Sequence record: OR532817.1
DNA length: 64,000 nucleotides
Strand: one strand, 5' to 3'
Shown here: positions 1-9,985 of the stretch, one piece after another
How the letters are laid out: each line of letters opens with the position of its first letter
Position numbering within the stretch: position 1 is the stretch's first letter
Program-made: the position numbers and the translations under genes
Notes under the pieces: generated by a model
Seen by the model: only the letters and a program-made list of their open reading frames with translations
Databases searched by the model: none
What the model was told of the DNA's origin: nothing

Positions 1-504
1 AATCTTTATAATGTTTCTAAACAAGTATCTGGTGGTGATTTAATAAGTTATCATCCATACAAAGAAGAAATTTCCAAAAAGAAATCTGAAACAGCCAAAC
101 GTCAATATAAAGATGGTACTAGAGATCCAAAAACAAATTCTAGACCGGGAAGCAAAAATGGAAGATGGAATGGTGGTTCAGTTGCTAAACATGAAACATG
201 TAAGTGTGGTAAGTGGAAACAATATAGTGCTAAACAATGTATATCATGTTATGATAAAAATGGAGAAAATAACCCTTTTTATGGAAAAGAACATACAGAA
301 GAAACCAAAAAAATATTATCAGAAAAGATGAAAAAACGTTCAGAAAATGGTTATCTTCCACCTAATACCAATAAAATAGAAATCGATGGAATAATATATA
401 AATCACAAGCTGAAGCTGCTAGAAAGCTTGGTGTATGTGATGGTACAATAATTCATCGTTTAAAATCAACAAATCAAAAATATAAAAATTACAAACGTCT
501 ATAA
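1..504 (+). CDS. I-TevI-like GIY-YIG intron homing endonuclease, C-terminal part (5' end outside window; missed by the ORF track)
   Basis: Frame 1 is open from base 1 to TAA at 502-504: NLYNVSKQVSGGDLISYHPYKEEISKKKSETAK...SRPGSKNGRWNGG...CKCGK...CISC...GENNPFYGKEHTEETKKILSEKM...KIEIDGIIYKSQAEAARKLG. This is colinear with the I-TevI linker, zinc finger (CxC..CxxC), NUMOD3 and HTH as I recall them. Confidence 0.9.
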   Translation, partial: NLYNVSKQVSGGDLISYHPYKEEISKKKSETAKRQYKDGTRDPKTNSRPGSKNGRWNGGSVAKHETCKCGKWKQYSAKQCISCYDKNGENNPFYGKEHTEETKKILSEKMKKRSENGYLPPNTNKIEIDGIIYKSQAEAARKLGVCDGTIIHRLKSTNQKYKNYKRL

Positions 505-682
505 TGCCGAACGACTATCAAACGCACATAGAAATATGGAAGCAAGTAGAGTACACTCAAGCGAGTGGAAACGGGGTGGGACTTCATTATGAAGTTCGTG
601 ATATAGTCTTATCTATATGGTAACATATAGCAGTACTGTTTAAGTACGGATACAGAGGTAGCGAACTGTATTGAAAATAATG
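1..682 (+). mobile_element. Group I (IA2, td-like) self-splicing intron in thymidylate synthase, 3' portion
   Basis: P7 strands GACTAT (513-518) and ATAGTC (603-608); P7.1 CATA-GAAA-TATG; P7.2 CACTC-AAGC-GAGTG; P8 GACTTCA-TTA-TGAAGTT; P9 CTATATG-GTAA-CATATAG; P9.2 ATACAG...CTGTAT. Ends ATAATG (omega G at 682) like the T4 td intron, followed directly by in-frame TS coding sequence. Confidence 0.9.
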
Positions 683-979
683 TCAGCAGATACATTCTTG
701 GGGGTTCCACTGAATATCACATCATATTCAGTACTCACCCATATGATAGCACAAATTACTGGATTAGAAGTTGGTGAATTTATCTGGAACGGTGGAGATT
801 GTCATATTTACTTGAATCATATCGAACAAGTAAAAGAACAATTATCACGAGATACAAAAGAATTACCAAAATTGTGGATAGACCCAAGAGTTACAGATAT
901 TACAAAATTTACAATGGATTCTGTTAAATTGATTGGATATGATCCACACCCGGTAATCAAAGCACCAATGGCAGTATAA
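683..979 (+). CDS. thyA: Thymidylate synthase, 3' exon
   Basis: [15 protein letters not shown]...GDCHIYLNH...[14 protein letters not shown] carries the ThyA motifs (R)SxD, N and HIY and the typical C-terminus. The track's start at 671 lies in intron sequence. Confidence 0.93.
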   Translation, partial: SADTFLGVPLNITSYSVLTHMIAQITGLEVGEFIWNGGDCHIYLNHIEQVKEQLSRDTKELPKLWIDPRVTDITKFTMDSVKLIGYDPHPVIKAPMAV

Positions 980-982
980 TAT

Positions 983-1012
983 AAAAGGGAGACATTAAGT
1001 CTCCCTTTTTTT
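983..1012. terminator. Bidirectional intrinsic terminator
   Basis: AAAAGGGAGAC-attaa-GTCTCCCTTTT between convergent genes. Confidence 0.85.
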
Positions 1013-2543
1013 ATACACCTACAACACAACGACCGAGGAATCTCATATCAGGTTCCATCGGAACTTGTAGTTTTACTTTATCCAGTTCAATTGACATATT
1101 CTCTACTGCAACATTTTCATAAAACCCATTTGACATAAGTTCTTGTACCTGTACTGACTTTGGTTCATCTACGGTAATGACCAATTCATAGTTGATACCA
1201 TCACTTGAAGGTACCCACGAAGACATATCAGAAATGTTTATTGTTTCGGAACCACTGATGCGTTTCCATTTACCACTGATTTTTTGAATTAATGTATTAA
1301 AGCTAGGAGAAAAAGCTAACATACCATTTTCACCTAAAGTATTATTGGATGCATCAATAAATGGTGGTCTAAACCCGATCTCTGTTAATTTAGTTTCCCC
1401 ATTATAGCCATCAACCGTCGGATTTTGTGGGAAAAATAAAATTTCAGTATTTTTCCAACGCTGAACTTCTTTCGATGAGGCAGTTGCAGAAAACTCACCA
1501 GTTACCGAACCCCTGTGATATAAACCAGTACTACTATCAGACCATTTACTTGGGTCAATTCCGGGGTTTTCAGTTGGATCATAGGTCTTGTTGTTAAATG
1601 TAATCGCTGGTTTATCAACAGTACCATATGTTGCTGCAAAACGTCCCTCAGCTTCTGAAATACCATCATCATACATTGCATCACCGGTTCTACGTAAACC
1701 ATCTAAACCATATAAATCAAGTACGGATTGTACATCGGAAACTGATGTTGGGAATTGTCGTCCATATGAATTTACTAGTTTATTATCAAATGTAACACTT
1801 GTGGCTGCAATACGGGTAGCATATTGACGAAGACTTTGCCATTTAGTACCAGTACTGATGATCCAGTCACTATCACGTAAGCCTGGGTCATAACTAGCAT
1901 TACCAACCTCGAATTGTTCTGTTAGATCTGGGTCTGATGTTAATGATATAAGACCTTCATGACCAGTAGTTGGGATTTGATCTACATTAAATCTTGCATA
2001 AGCAGAGGTAACTGATTTAGAACCATTACCATCTGTGGTAAAATAATATTTAATTTCCAACCAGTCACCCTCACCTGATGGGTTGGTTGGTGTGAATATA
2101 ACTGGTGATGTTGAAGGATTTGTAGTACTCATGTGAGTAGTAGCTAGATCAACAATACCACGAGTTACGTAATAATGACCTGAATTGGTTGAGTCCGTTG
2201 GTGGTAGATTATCGTAAACCGAAATTTCTGATGGTGGATCTACATCATCGGTATTTGGATTAAAAGTACCTTTATATGTCATACCATTCAATAATGTATC
2301 TGGTAAATTTGCAATTGAAATTTTACCATTAGCATCTAATTGAACAAAACGTCGATATTCTACTGTATCATCTAATAATTGTAATGTACCTTCAAAAGCT
2401 TCCCATTCACTATTATAACGAATCATTCCCGGACGTTTAATGTCATTTGGTGGATTTTTCAATAGTGCTTTTGGTAATTCCAAGAAGCCATTAGTACTAT
2501 CGATAATAACACCAGAATCACCACGTATTCTATATATACTCAT
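1011..2543 (-). CDS. Putative virion structural/fibre-associated protein (510 aa)
   Basis: GMIRYNSEWEAFEG and QLDANGKI motifs typical of T4-like fibre and structural proteins; upstream TAAATA near 2578; structural neighbourhood. Confidence 0.55.
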   Translation of the reverse strand: MSIYRIRGDSGVIIDSTNGFLELPKALLKNPPNDIKRPGMIRYNSEWEAFEGTLQLLDDTVEYRRFVQLDANGKISIANLPDTLLNGMTYKGTFNPNTDDVDPPSEISVYDNLPPTDSTNSGHYYVTRGIVDLATTHMSTTNPSTSPVIFTPTNPSGEGDWLEIKYYFTTDGNGSKSVTSAYARFNVDQIPTTGHEGLISLTSDPDLTEQFEVGNASYDPGLRDSDWIISTGTKWQSLRQYATRIAATSVTFDNKLVNSYGRQFPTSVSDVQSVLDLYGLDGLRRTGDAMYDDGISEAEGRFAATYGTVDKPAITFNNKTYDPTENPGIDPSKWSDSSTGLYHRGSVTGEFSATASSKEVQRWKNTEILFFPQNPTVDGYNGETKLTEIGFRPPFIDASNNTLGENGMLAFSPSFNTLIQKISGKWKRISGSETINISDMSSWVPSSDGINYELVITVDEPKSVQVQELMSNGFYENVAVENMSIELDKVKLQVPMEPDMRFLGRCVVGV

Positions 2544-2707
2544 TTATATATTTCCTCAATAAGTAATATTGTATATGGTATTTATTTTTCGATAATAAAA
2601 AAAGTTATTCTTGGAATTATATGTTTACACACAAACTACGGTACTTTTTCCATGAAAAATATATTCTTTATTTTTAATAAATTATTATATCAAAATCTTG
2701 AACCGTA

Positions 2708-3055
2708 TTATACAGATGGTATACTAATAAGGGGTTTCCATATACCGTTGTCTTTGATAAAAATATTAACGATGTTGGTTGTATCAATTTGGTAATATAC
2801 ATTACCATCTTCACCTGTACTGGAATCTGGAATATCTGTTCCTCGTAATATAGTACTGTTCAATTTAGTATTAAGATGGTTTAATGTAACCAGATGTTGA
2901 TCTTTGGTAGGTTCACCAGCTTCCACTGGCAATAATAGTGTGCCTTCGTAATTATAAATTTTTACATCGGTACCATCTGTGCTTAATTTTGCACCATTTT
3001 TACCAAGAACAAAATCCTTCTTCATAGTCCCTTCTAAGTTAGAAAAAATTGCCAT
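2708..3055 (-). CDS. Putative virion structural protein (115 aa)
   Basis: Fibre-type motifs EPTKDQHLVTLNHL and GTDIPDSSTGEDGNVYY. Confidence 0.5.
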   Translation of the reverse strand: MAIFSNLEGTMKKDFVLGKNGAKLSTDGTDVKIYNYEGTLLLPVEAGEPTKDQHLVTLNHLNTKLNSTILRGTDIPDSSTGEDGNVYYQIDTTNIVNIFIKDNGIWKPLISIPSV

Positions 3056-3067
3056 TATATCATCTCC

Positions 3068-4183
3068 TTAGATATTGTCGCTAATAGGCAGAGTTGGTGC
3101 TTGCCATGATAGTGTACAAATAATTGTCATATTACCATATGAACTTAAATTAACTGATTCATTAAAAATACAAGAAATTATTTCGTCTTTATCAGAAACA
3201 ATGTGATTTGTTTCATTGATTACATATCTACTTTGCATTGATATATCAAAATAATCATAACCAGCAATAACAGTACCACCAATATCCTCATTTGCTTCCC
3301 CACTGAAACGAATTTTCATATCAGTTACTGGTGGTTCATACCCCTGTGTTACATTTACTTCGATATTAGTGACAAGATATCCAGCAGGACAAGTACCAAT
3401 AACCAGTACTGTATTAGTGTATGAATGATCGATAGTGTTCACTATAACAACTATATCCTTACCGGCATCTCCTTTATCACCCTTCTCACCTTGCAAGCCT
3501 TCTTTACCACGAAATTCAATGCCAGTGCTCCATTCTTTTTGTACTGGATCTGTATTTTCCACAATATCTACATAATATAATTTACCATCACTTGTGTTAT
3601 AGAAACAATAATCTTCTGGAAGATTAGTAATATCAGGGAAAGTGCTTCCGGTACTATCAATGTGGAATCTACCGCGTGGACCTACTTCACCCCTGAAGCT
3701 AATACCGCTCGACCACGTTTGAGTACTGGAATCATAAAAATAAAGTTTTCCATCATTGGTATTATAGAAAGTATAACCATCAAATAAACCCGAAGTAGGG
3801 AATACCGTACCAGAACTATCTATATGGAATGGTTTACCCTGTTCACCTTGCTCACCTTTTCCAAATTCAACCGAATTCCATGTGCTTGACTCACCTGGAT
3901 TTGAAGTTTTAAAATACAAAACACTTGTGGAATTTGCTAAGCTCAGATAGCTCCACCCAATAGTTTTATCTGTATTAAAATCACTGTCAGGTATTTCAAA
4001 ACCAATTTCGTTTGGATAAAAATTACTTCCATCAGAACCGTCATGACCGACAACCAGACCTAAATCTTCAATGGTATTATCTGCATAAGTTACAATCAAA
4101 TGACCATCTGTGCTGATTTTCATACTTTTAATACCAGAATTATTACATGAGCAATTGGACCCATTATTAAATGAAATTGTCAT
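3068..4183 (-). CDS. Structural protein with short collagen-like G-X-Y segments (371 aa)
   Basis: GKGEQGEQGKP and GKEGLQGEKGDKGDAGKD; duplicated F(H/R)IDSxG..FP...FYNTxDGKLY module; TAAATA on the minus strand at 4216-4221. Confidence 0.6.
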   Translation of the reverse strand: MTISFNNGSNCSCNNSGIKSMKISTDGHLIVTYADNTIEDLGLVVGHDGSDGSNFYPNEIGFEIPDSDFNTDKTIGWSYLSLANSTSVLYFKTSNPGESSTWNSVEFGKGEQGEQGKPFHIDSSGTVFPTSGLFDGYTFYNTNDGKLYFYDSSTQTWSSGISFRGEVGPRGRFHIDSTGSTFPDITNLPEDYCFYNTSDGKLYYVDIVENTDPVQKEWSTGIEFRGKEGLQGEKGDKGDAGKDIVVIVNTIDHSYTNTVLVIGTCPAGYLVTNIEVNVTQGYEPPVTDMKIRFSGEANEDIGGTVIAGYDYFDISMQSRYVINETNHIVSDKDEIISCIFNESVNLSSYGNMTIICTLSWQAPTLPISDNI

Positions 4184-4299
4184 ATTTATATCCTTTAATG
4201 AATATCATCTAGAAATATTTATCCAGTACTATACTCTTTTGGTTAGTATATAAAGCACAATAAATAAGTTAAAGTTCATAATAAAAGGGCTTAACGATT

Positions 4300-4797
4300 A
4301 TGGCATTACGTTCAAAAAATTTTCTATTCAACAGAAAAGACAGAGATGGAGAATATAAAGATTTTCCAAATAGTGATGTGTGGTATCCAAACAATGTAGA
4401 TTATTACTGGGATGAGCAATCAACTCCAATGGCAAGTGGTGGATATTATGGAAGTACTACAGGTTTGCACACAATTTCTTTTACACTACGCGAATTTACT
4501 GGAAGAATTTATGTACTTGCTACACTAGCAAGCAACCCAACAGATCAAGACTGGTTTCCAATTAAATTTAAAGAAAGTTGTAAATATTATCTTGAATTTA
4601 CGGATATGTCGGTTTATAACCCAATTACCGCAGAAATAAACCGCGAACGTGGTACAACTGGTACTTTTGCTGAAACATTAACTGGTAATTTTACATACAT
4701 TAAAATTGGTATCGATAGAGATTATATCAGTGAAAATCCAAGTGATATACAAAAAGGTGCAGTAGGGTACTTAGAATCTATATTAATTAATTTTTAA
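4300..4797 (+). CDS. Hypothetical protein, probably virion-associated (165 aa)
   Basis: Clean ORF after TAAATA at 4261-4266; first gene of a three-gene run. Confidence 0.55.
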   Translation: MALRSKNFLFNRKDRDGEYKDFPNSDVWYPNNVDYYWDEQSTPMASGGYYGSTTGLHTISFTLREFTGRIYVLATLASNPTDQDWFPIKFKESCKYYLEFTDMSVYNPITAEINRERGTTGTFAETLTGNFTYIKIGIDRDYISENPSDIQKGAVGYLESILINF

Positions 4798-4807
4798 GGA
4801 ATAAGAA

Positions 4808-5413
4808 ATGCTACACAAAGAACAACCAAAATTATTTGTAAAAGGACATGTATTAATAACTGATATCACGGATCCAAATAATGTTATTACAGTTTTAGAT
4901 CGTAGTAATGCGATTCACAGTGAAAATATGTCATATGCAATAGCGAATTCATTATCATATGTTCAAGATAGTACTGGGGTTCCTATTGGATCTATTAGTT
5001 CTATGCATTTTGGTAACGGTGGTAGTACTATCATCGGTACTGGACGTATTTTATATAAGCAGCCAAGAGTAACATCTTTTGGTGGATTATATTCAGAAAC
5101 TTATAAAAAAAATATTAATGCCAGAATTAATCCTGGAATTGATGAACAGTACAACTATATTAGTACTGTTCATATCCCAGGTCAATCATACTCAGATGTT
5201 GTATGTATTTGTACTCTAGGTTTAGGTGAACCAGTTGATCAAAACGCAAGTAGTAGTAATGATTTAGATGGTACCTATGTGTTTGATGAATTAGGTCTGT
5301 ATACTGATGGTGATAGTGGTTCACCACTGTCTCATATTATTTTCCACCCAGTGGAAAAATCAGCCAACCGTGTTTTGCAAATTAAATACACTGTACGCAT
5401 TCAATTACAATAA
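4808..5413 (+). CDS. Putative baseplate/fibre-attachment structural protein (201 aa)
   Basis: FDELGLY...HPVEKSANRVLQIKYTVRIQ resembles fibre-anchoring modules; same operon as neighbours. Confidence 0.5.
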   Translation: MLHKEQPKLFVKGHVLITDITDPNNVITVLDRSNAIHSENMSYAIANSLSYVQDSTGVPIGSISSMHFGNGGSTIIGTGRILYKQPRVTSFGGLYSETYKKNINARINPGIDEQYNYISTVHIPGQSYSDVVCICTLGLGEPVDQNASSSNDLDGTYVFDELGLYTDGDSGSPLSHIIFHPVEKSANRVLQIKYTVRIQLQ

Positions 5414-5426
5414 TAAGAGGTATATA

Positions 5427-6539
5427 ATGGCAACGGTTAATTATGTAATCAAAAGAAGTGATGGTACTACATATGCTACCATCCCCAACGATGTTATACT
5501 AGGTCCAAATCAACCTGGTAGCAACCCAGTACCTCTTAATTTTGTAGGAAGGAATAAGGTTGGATATGGTCAGGCATCAAACGAAAACTTTCTACACTTA
5601 GTTGAAAACTTCACAAGTTCAAATGCACCTTATGGTAACGTTAAAGGGCAATTATGGTATAAAGCCACTGGTAGTACACCTGGTGAATTTCTTTTAGCAT
5701 TACAGGATAATGCTCAACAACCCGTAGATACTGCAACAGAAGGACAATGGGCTTCTATACCAATGATTACATTGTTTAATACCATACCAGATGGTACTAA
5801 CAGTGTGATGGGTAGAATGATCCTCACCAATAATGGTGATACTCTTCGTGTTCTTATGAAAAATAAAGAATGGAGGGAAGTTTTAACTCGTAAACCACAA
5901 GCAAAAGAATATGAAGCACTGCTTGATATTAATTATGATAGTTCAGTAAATTATATTGAATTCACACAAACTAACAGTACTAAACCTATTGCTTATTTTA
6001 ATACTGGTGGTGATATGAGCATTGACTCAAATGGTTGGGCTAGTTTTGAAACAGGCAATGGTGTGTTCCAATTTGGAACTAACTATTTTTATGAAATGAA
6101 AATAATGTTCAGGGAAGTTTCGATGGATAGTGGCTCATTATTATCTGTCCCTTCTAACTACAAAACGTGGAAAATTAATGGTAGCTTTTATGTTGATAAT
6201 AAAGGAACCATTACACCGGGTTCTGTTCCGTGCAGTGATTTACCAGATCCACGTCGTATTGCAAGTTTGGAAACTATTAAAGATGTAATCACCAGTGCTA
6301 CGCTACAAAATGACTGGGACGTTAGTATGGTAATTAATGATATAGATTCATCCATTCCTAACCCTACTGGGGTTACTAAAGCAGCATATGAACAATGGGT
6401 TATTAATTCACTTAATAGTAGCAAAACGCTAGGTTTTAGAGTAGATGGTACTGTATCAGGATTAAGTACCGGACAAACTGTAAAAATTCAACCTAACATT
6501 TCAATTAAAATTCTTGGGATCCCGGCACTCGGTGTATAA
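5427..6539 (+). CDS. Putative virion structural protein (~370 aa)
   Basis: Start placed at ATG 5427 after AGAGG rather than the track's 5307. LNFVGRNKVGYGQASNENFLHLVENF...P...GQLWY is a jumbo-phage structural motif. Confidence 0.6.
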   Translation: MATVNYVIKRSDGTTYATIPNDVILGPNQPGSNPVPLNFVGRNKVGYGQASNENFLHLVENFTSSNAPYGNVKGQLWYKATGSTPGEFLLALQDNAQQPVDTATEGQWASIPMITLFNTIPDGTNSVMGRMILTNNGDTLRVLMKNKEWREVLTRKPQAKEYEALLDINYDSSVNYIEFTQTNSTKPIAYFNTGGDMSIDSNGWASFETGNGVFQFGTNYFYEMKIMFREVSMDSGSLLSVPSNYKTWKINGSFYVDNKGTITPGSVPCSDLPDPRRIASLETIKDVITSATLQNDWDVSMVINDIDSSIPNPTGVTKAAYEQWVINSLNSSKTLGFRVDGTVSGLSTGQTVKIQPNISIKILGIPALGV

Positions 6540-6547
6540 CAAAAATA

Positions 6548-6574
6548 AAAAAGGAGCCGATTGGCTCCTTTTTT
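6548..6574. terminator. Bidirectional intrinsic terminator
   Basis: AAAAAGGAGCC-gatt-GGCTCCTTTTT between convergent genes. Confidence 0.85.
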
Positions 6575-6575
6575 G

Positions 6576-7049
6576 TTAAAAATATGGTTCACTATTTAAA
6601 CTGTTGACAAACACAGTCCCTTTCTTTATACTTTCATACAGAGATTTAAAATCCTTCATTAAATTTTCATTAAGTAGTGTGCTTTTAGCACCCGGATGTA
6701 ATCTTAGACTTTTATACGAACCAATTTCTACCCAAGAATATCCAGAGCTTTCGTGATTCAGTACAGGAATAAATTCATTTTCAACTACTATAACAAATGA
6801 ATAATATTTGAATTTACCATTTTTAGTACTGAATACATCAAAAGGTATAATATCTTCAATATCGGGAACAGAATTACCTAATTCTTCTTGTATTTCTCTG
6901 TACAATGCTTGTAATGGTGTTTCATTATTTTGAAGTTTTCCTCCTACAAATCCCCAGTTATTACTATAGGTAGCACTTTCCGAACGTAAATTGAGCATCA
7001 TTCTTCCTGTATTCTTGGATAGGAATATAGCACCAACTGCTTCATTCAT
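6576..7049 (-). CDS. NUDIX hydrolase
   Basis: Nudix box GGKLQNNETPLQALYREIQEELG (GX5EX7REUXEEXG), preceded by WGFVGG; C-terminal LNHESSGYSW. Confidence 0.88.
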   Translation of the reverse strand: MNEAVGAIFLSKNTGRMMLNLRSESATYSNNWGFVGGKLQNNETPLQALYREIQEELGNSVPDIEDIIPFDVFSTKNGKFKYYSFVIVVENEFIPVLNHESSGYSWVEIGSYKSLRLHPGAKSTLLNENLMKDFKSLYESIKKGTVFVNSLNSEPYF

Positions 7050-7061
7050 AGAAACTCCTTG

Positions 7062-8387
7062 TTAGTTTTTATCACGAAATGTAATACGCCAATAACCAGC
7101 AGTGTATTTTGGTTTAACCGATCTAGACCAACCCAAACGCTTATTATATTTGTAATAATGAGTATCATCTCTGTTATAGATATAATTTGATACAGTTTCT
7201 GGATCAATCAAATCTGCACCTGTGTTGGTTATTTTAAATAGCATATTAGGTTCAATTGATGTATCTTTGTATTGAATAGAACATTTTGAATTATTAACAT
7301 AATATTGTTCTGGTATAGCATTATTTAGTTCAGAAATTTTAGATACTAATTTGATAATATTAAAATTCGTACTATACTGCAAAGGATCAATTTCAACTGT
7401 TAACTTATTTGCATCATCACCACTACCAATAGATGTTACTATCCCCTTTAATGGGTTAGTTTCTTCGATTGCAGTTTGGAATCTTATGGTGATTTCTTTA
7501 TCTTCATAATCTGGATCTAAATACTGGAAATATTTTTTCCATGAATAAATCCCACCAGTATCTGCTTTTGGACTTCCTGATTGAGAGATTAAAGTAATTT
7601 CAAAAATATTATCCGTTTGTTCTTCAGTACCTATACCCAAATTCTTTGGTGTAAAAACATCAACGATTGGATCTTCAAAATCAAAGTTCATATCCTTTTC
7701 AGGAACATACGTTGTCATATTAGTGTTTATTTGGTTAATTAGTTTTGGTTTTTCAACCCTAGCAGGTAAAGAAAACCATATAGTAGTTTCGAATTTAAAT
7801 ACTGCAATATCCAAATCAGTATCATTACCCTGTGGTACACCCCTTGTACTAAATGTTGTATCTACCAATTCCACATTTTCAATACTAGTCCAATCAAGTG
7901 GGTTATTGGACATTTGCATTTGTACGCTTGGTGCAAAGAGTGTACAAATTTGTTCCCACAATTCCATTTTAGCTTGCAATTGTGTAGTCCATATGTTAAG
8001 ATTGAATACAAATTTATATGGTACTGGATTGTGTCGTGTAACTTTGTACATTTTATCGATTTCGTGTATATAATTACCATTATCATCAGTTTTATTAGTT
8101 GCGAATACAGAAATATCATCTGCATTAGAACGCGTTGATTTTCTATCAACATTTAAGCTTTCTACACTGATAGTCATGATAGGTGCTGAATTTATGATAT
8201 TTTCACTACCACTATTAATAATATAAGCAGCCATTTTTGAAATATCTGCATAACGCACCGGAACTTCTCTGTATCGTGGTTTGCCTTCATCATCAACACC
8301 ATTTTGTACAGTAAAACCACTGAATAAACGAATAAGATGAGTTAATTCTCTATGAAATTGTCCATCATAATAATAATCTAGTTTCAT
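7062..8387 (-). CDS. Tail terminator / sheath stabiliser, T4 gp15-like, with C-terminal extension
   Basis: YYDGQFHR..LIRLFSGFTV...VPVRYAD...VPYKFVFNLNIWT...WEQICTLFAP follows the gp15 pattern. Confidence 0.7.
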   Translation of the reverse strand: MKLDYYYDGQFHRELTHLIRLFSGFTVQNGVDDEGKPRYREVPVRYADISKMAAYIINSGSENIINSAPIMTISVESLNVDRKSTRSNADDISVFATNKTDDNGNYIHEIDKMYKVTRHNPVPYKFVFNLNIWTTQLQAKMELWEQICTLFAPSVQMQMSNNPLDWTSIENVELVDTTFSTRGVPQGNDTDLDIAVFKFETTIWFSLPARVEKPKLINQINTNMTTYVPEKDMNFDFEDPIVDVFTPKNLGIGTEEQTDNIFEITLISQSGSPKADTGGIYSWKKYFQYLDPDYEDKEITIRFQTAIEETNPLKGIVTSIGSGDDANKLTVEIDPLQYSTNFNIIKLVSKISELNNAIPEQYYVNNSKCSIQYKDTSIEPNMLFKITNTGADLIDPETVSNYIYNRDDTHYYKYNKRLGWSRSVKPKYTAGYWRITFRDKN

Positions 8388-8389
8388 TG

Positions 8390-9853
8390 TTATTCTTTCC
8401 TATATTTTGGTGTACTTGCAATATCATGCAATGGCATTCTATCTGAACTGTTGACGAAATTTACAAGTTCTGGGTCTGAACCTAACCATGGAATTCTGTT
8501 ACCATAATCGAATACTACCCATGATTGACTGTCGGCATTGTATTTCCAACATGTGACAGGATTATAGTCAGTTCTGAAAAAATATTCTCCATCAGTTGGT
8601 GTAGATGGAAACTCGGTACCTTCTGGTACTGAACCCCTTTGTGGTGGAATTTCCGGTCTGTAGTTATTAGGATCATCAATAATATCATTAATATTAGAAG
8701 TATTGAAATTAAATTTTCCTGGGAAATTAGATGGAATAATCCACGAATCATCTTTGTATTGATATACTTGTGAATCACTATATTTTACATAAAACTCTAT
8801 GTTGTTCTTAGGTTGTTTATCTTCCTTACTATATTCAACATCACATAGCAACCAACTATTACTTGAGTTATCGTACTGGTACAATGAAAAACCACTTACA
8901 TTAGTACTATCTTCTTTAAAGAAGAAATCACCATCAGTTGGATTGGATGGGAAGTTAATATCATACCCAGTACTGACAACATTCCACACATCATCAACAT
9001 TCTCTTTAAGTACAGGTTTAGTCTTTTTAAGATATAGCATATTATTAGCTGGTTCTTCTGGGAAGTCATATCCATTTAGCATACTTTTAGATAGGTCTAC
9101 ATAGTCAATTCGTGGATCATAAAACTGTTCATTATCAAAATTGAGATAAGGTACATCATTTTCAGCTATTGTGATTATTTTATTCATTATATCCATTTCA
9201 TTTTGATAATTACTGTTGTTATTACCATTACCGTTGCCATTATTTGGATCATCTGGGTTATCTGGATAACTATTGTTTTGTAGTAAATCTGAGTATTCAG
9301 GTGAATCAGTAATGGGTTTGACTCGAATTTTCCATATATGAGCTTGCCACGTAGCAGAATATCCTTCATATGTTTTAAAAGCATCCTGAACTACATAAAA
9401 ACGGTTTATACCACTATCTTTACCAATAACATCGAAATCACGTAAATTTGGTAGTTCAATAACATCACCCGGAAGAATCTTTCTTCCTAAACGTTTCATC
9501 ATATCGTTATAATGAACAGTTATATCCATTGTATTAAAATCAAAAAACAGGCCAGGGAGTTTCATGTCGGGAGTTGCTTCTTGCACTTGATAGACACATG
9601 AAAATGTGATAGCCTCTAGATTATATTTTCTATTCGAGGTGTCACCAAAAACCCAATCGCTAACACTGTTGATATCAAAGCTTGACTCTGAACTGGAAGT
9701 TGTTGTATAATCACCAGTACTGGACGTTGGTTTTTCACCACAGTACGCGTAAAGCCACATGTCAACGCCACCTATGTTGTATTGTTCGGCAATGGCAGAA
9801 TCAATAAAAGAGTAATCATTCGTTCTGCCTTTTTTCCACATCTTATAAGCCAT
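8390..9853 (-). CDS. Neck/head-completion protein, gp14-like, with repeated FPxxP modules
   Basis: Adjacent to the gp15-like gene; AEQYNIGGVDMWLY and LPGDVIELP motifs; three FPxxP(T/A) repeats in the C-terminal half. Confidence 0.5.
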   Translation of the reverse strand: MAYKMWKKGRTNDYSFIDSAIAEQYNIGGVDMWLYAYCGEKPTSSTGDYTTTSSSESSFDINSVSDWVFGDTSNRKYNLEAITFSCVYQVQEATPDMKLPGLFFDFNTMDITVHYNDMMKRLGRKILPGDVIELPNLRDFDVIGKDSGINRFYVVQDAFKTYEGYSATWQAHIWKIRVKPITDSPEYSDLLQNNSYPDNPDDPNNGNGNGNNNSNYQNEMDIMNKIITIAENDVPYLNFDNEQFYDPRIDYVDLSKSMLNGYDFPEEPANNMLYLKKTKPVLKENVDDVWNVVSTGYDINFPSNPTDGDFFFKEDSTNVSGFSLYQYDNSSNSWLLCDVEYSKEDKQPKNNIEFYVKYSDSQVYQYKDDSWIIPSNFPGKFNFNTSNINDIIDDPNNYRPEIPPQRGSVPEGTEFPSTPTDGEYFFRTDYNPVTCWKYNADSQSWVVFDYGNRIPWLGSDPELVNFVNSSDRMPLHDIASTPKYRKE

Positions 9854-9908
9854 TTGAATTCTCCAAATGCATTTTTTATATAGTATTTAGAGAAGATAAA
9901 AAAAAGAG

Positions 9909-9938
9909 TTGACATTGCAATTTAATTTCTGATATAAT
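9909..9938 (+). promoter_or_regulatory. Sigma70-type early promoter of the Clp ATPase gene
   Basis: TTGACA (9909-9914), 18 nt spacer with extended TG, TATAAT (9933-9938). Confidence 0.75.
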
Positions 9939-9985
9939 GTAATCATAGTTCAATACAAAAGAGACATTTTACAAAAGGAAAATCA

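Noticed and set aside
113-331. 72-aa ORF from the track
   Set aside because: Out-of-frame shadow of the I-TevI-like reading frame at 1-504.
671-682. TTG/ATG start for the thymidylate synthase fragment
   Set aside because: These bases are the intron 3' end (ATAATG); the fragment is an exon, not an independent gene.
5307-5426. Extended N-terminus of the 410-aa ORF
   Set aside because: Overlaps the upstream gene; the RBS supports ATG 5427.
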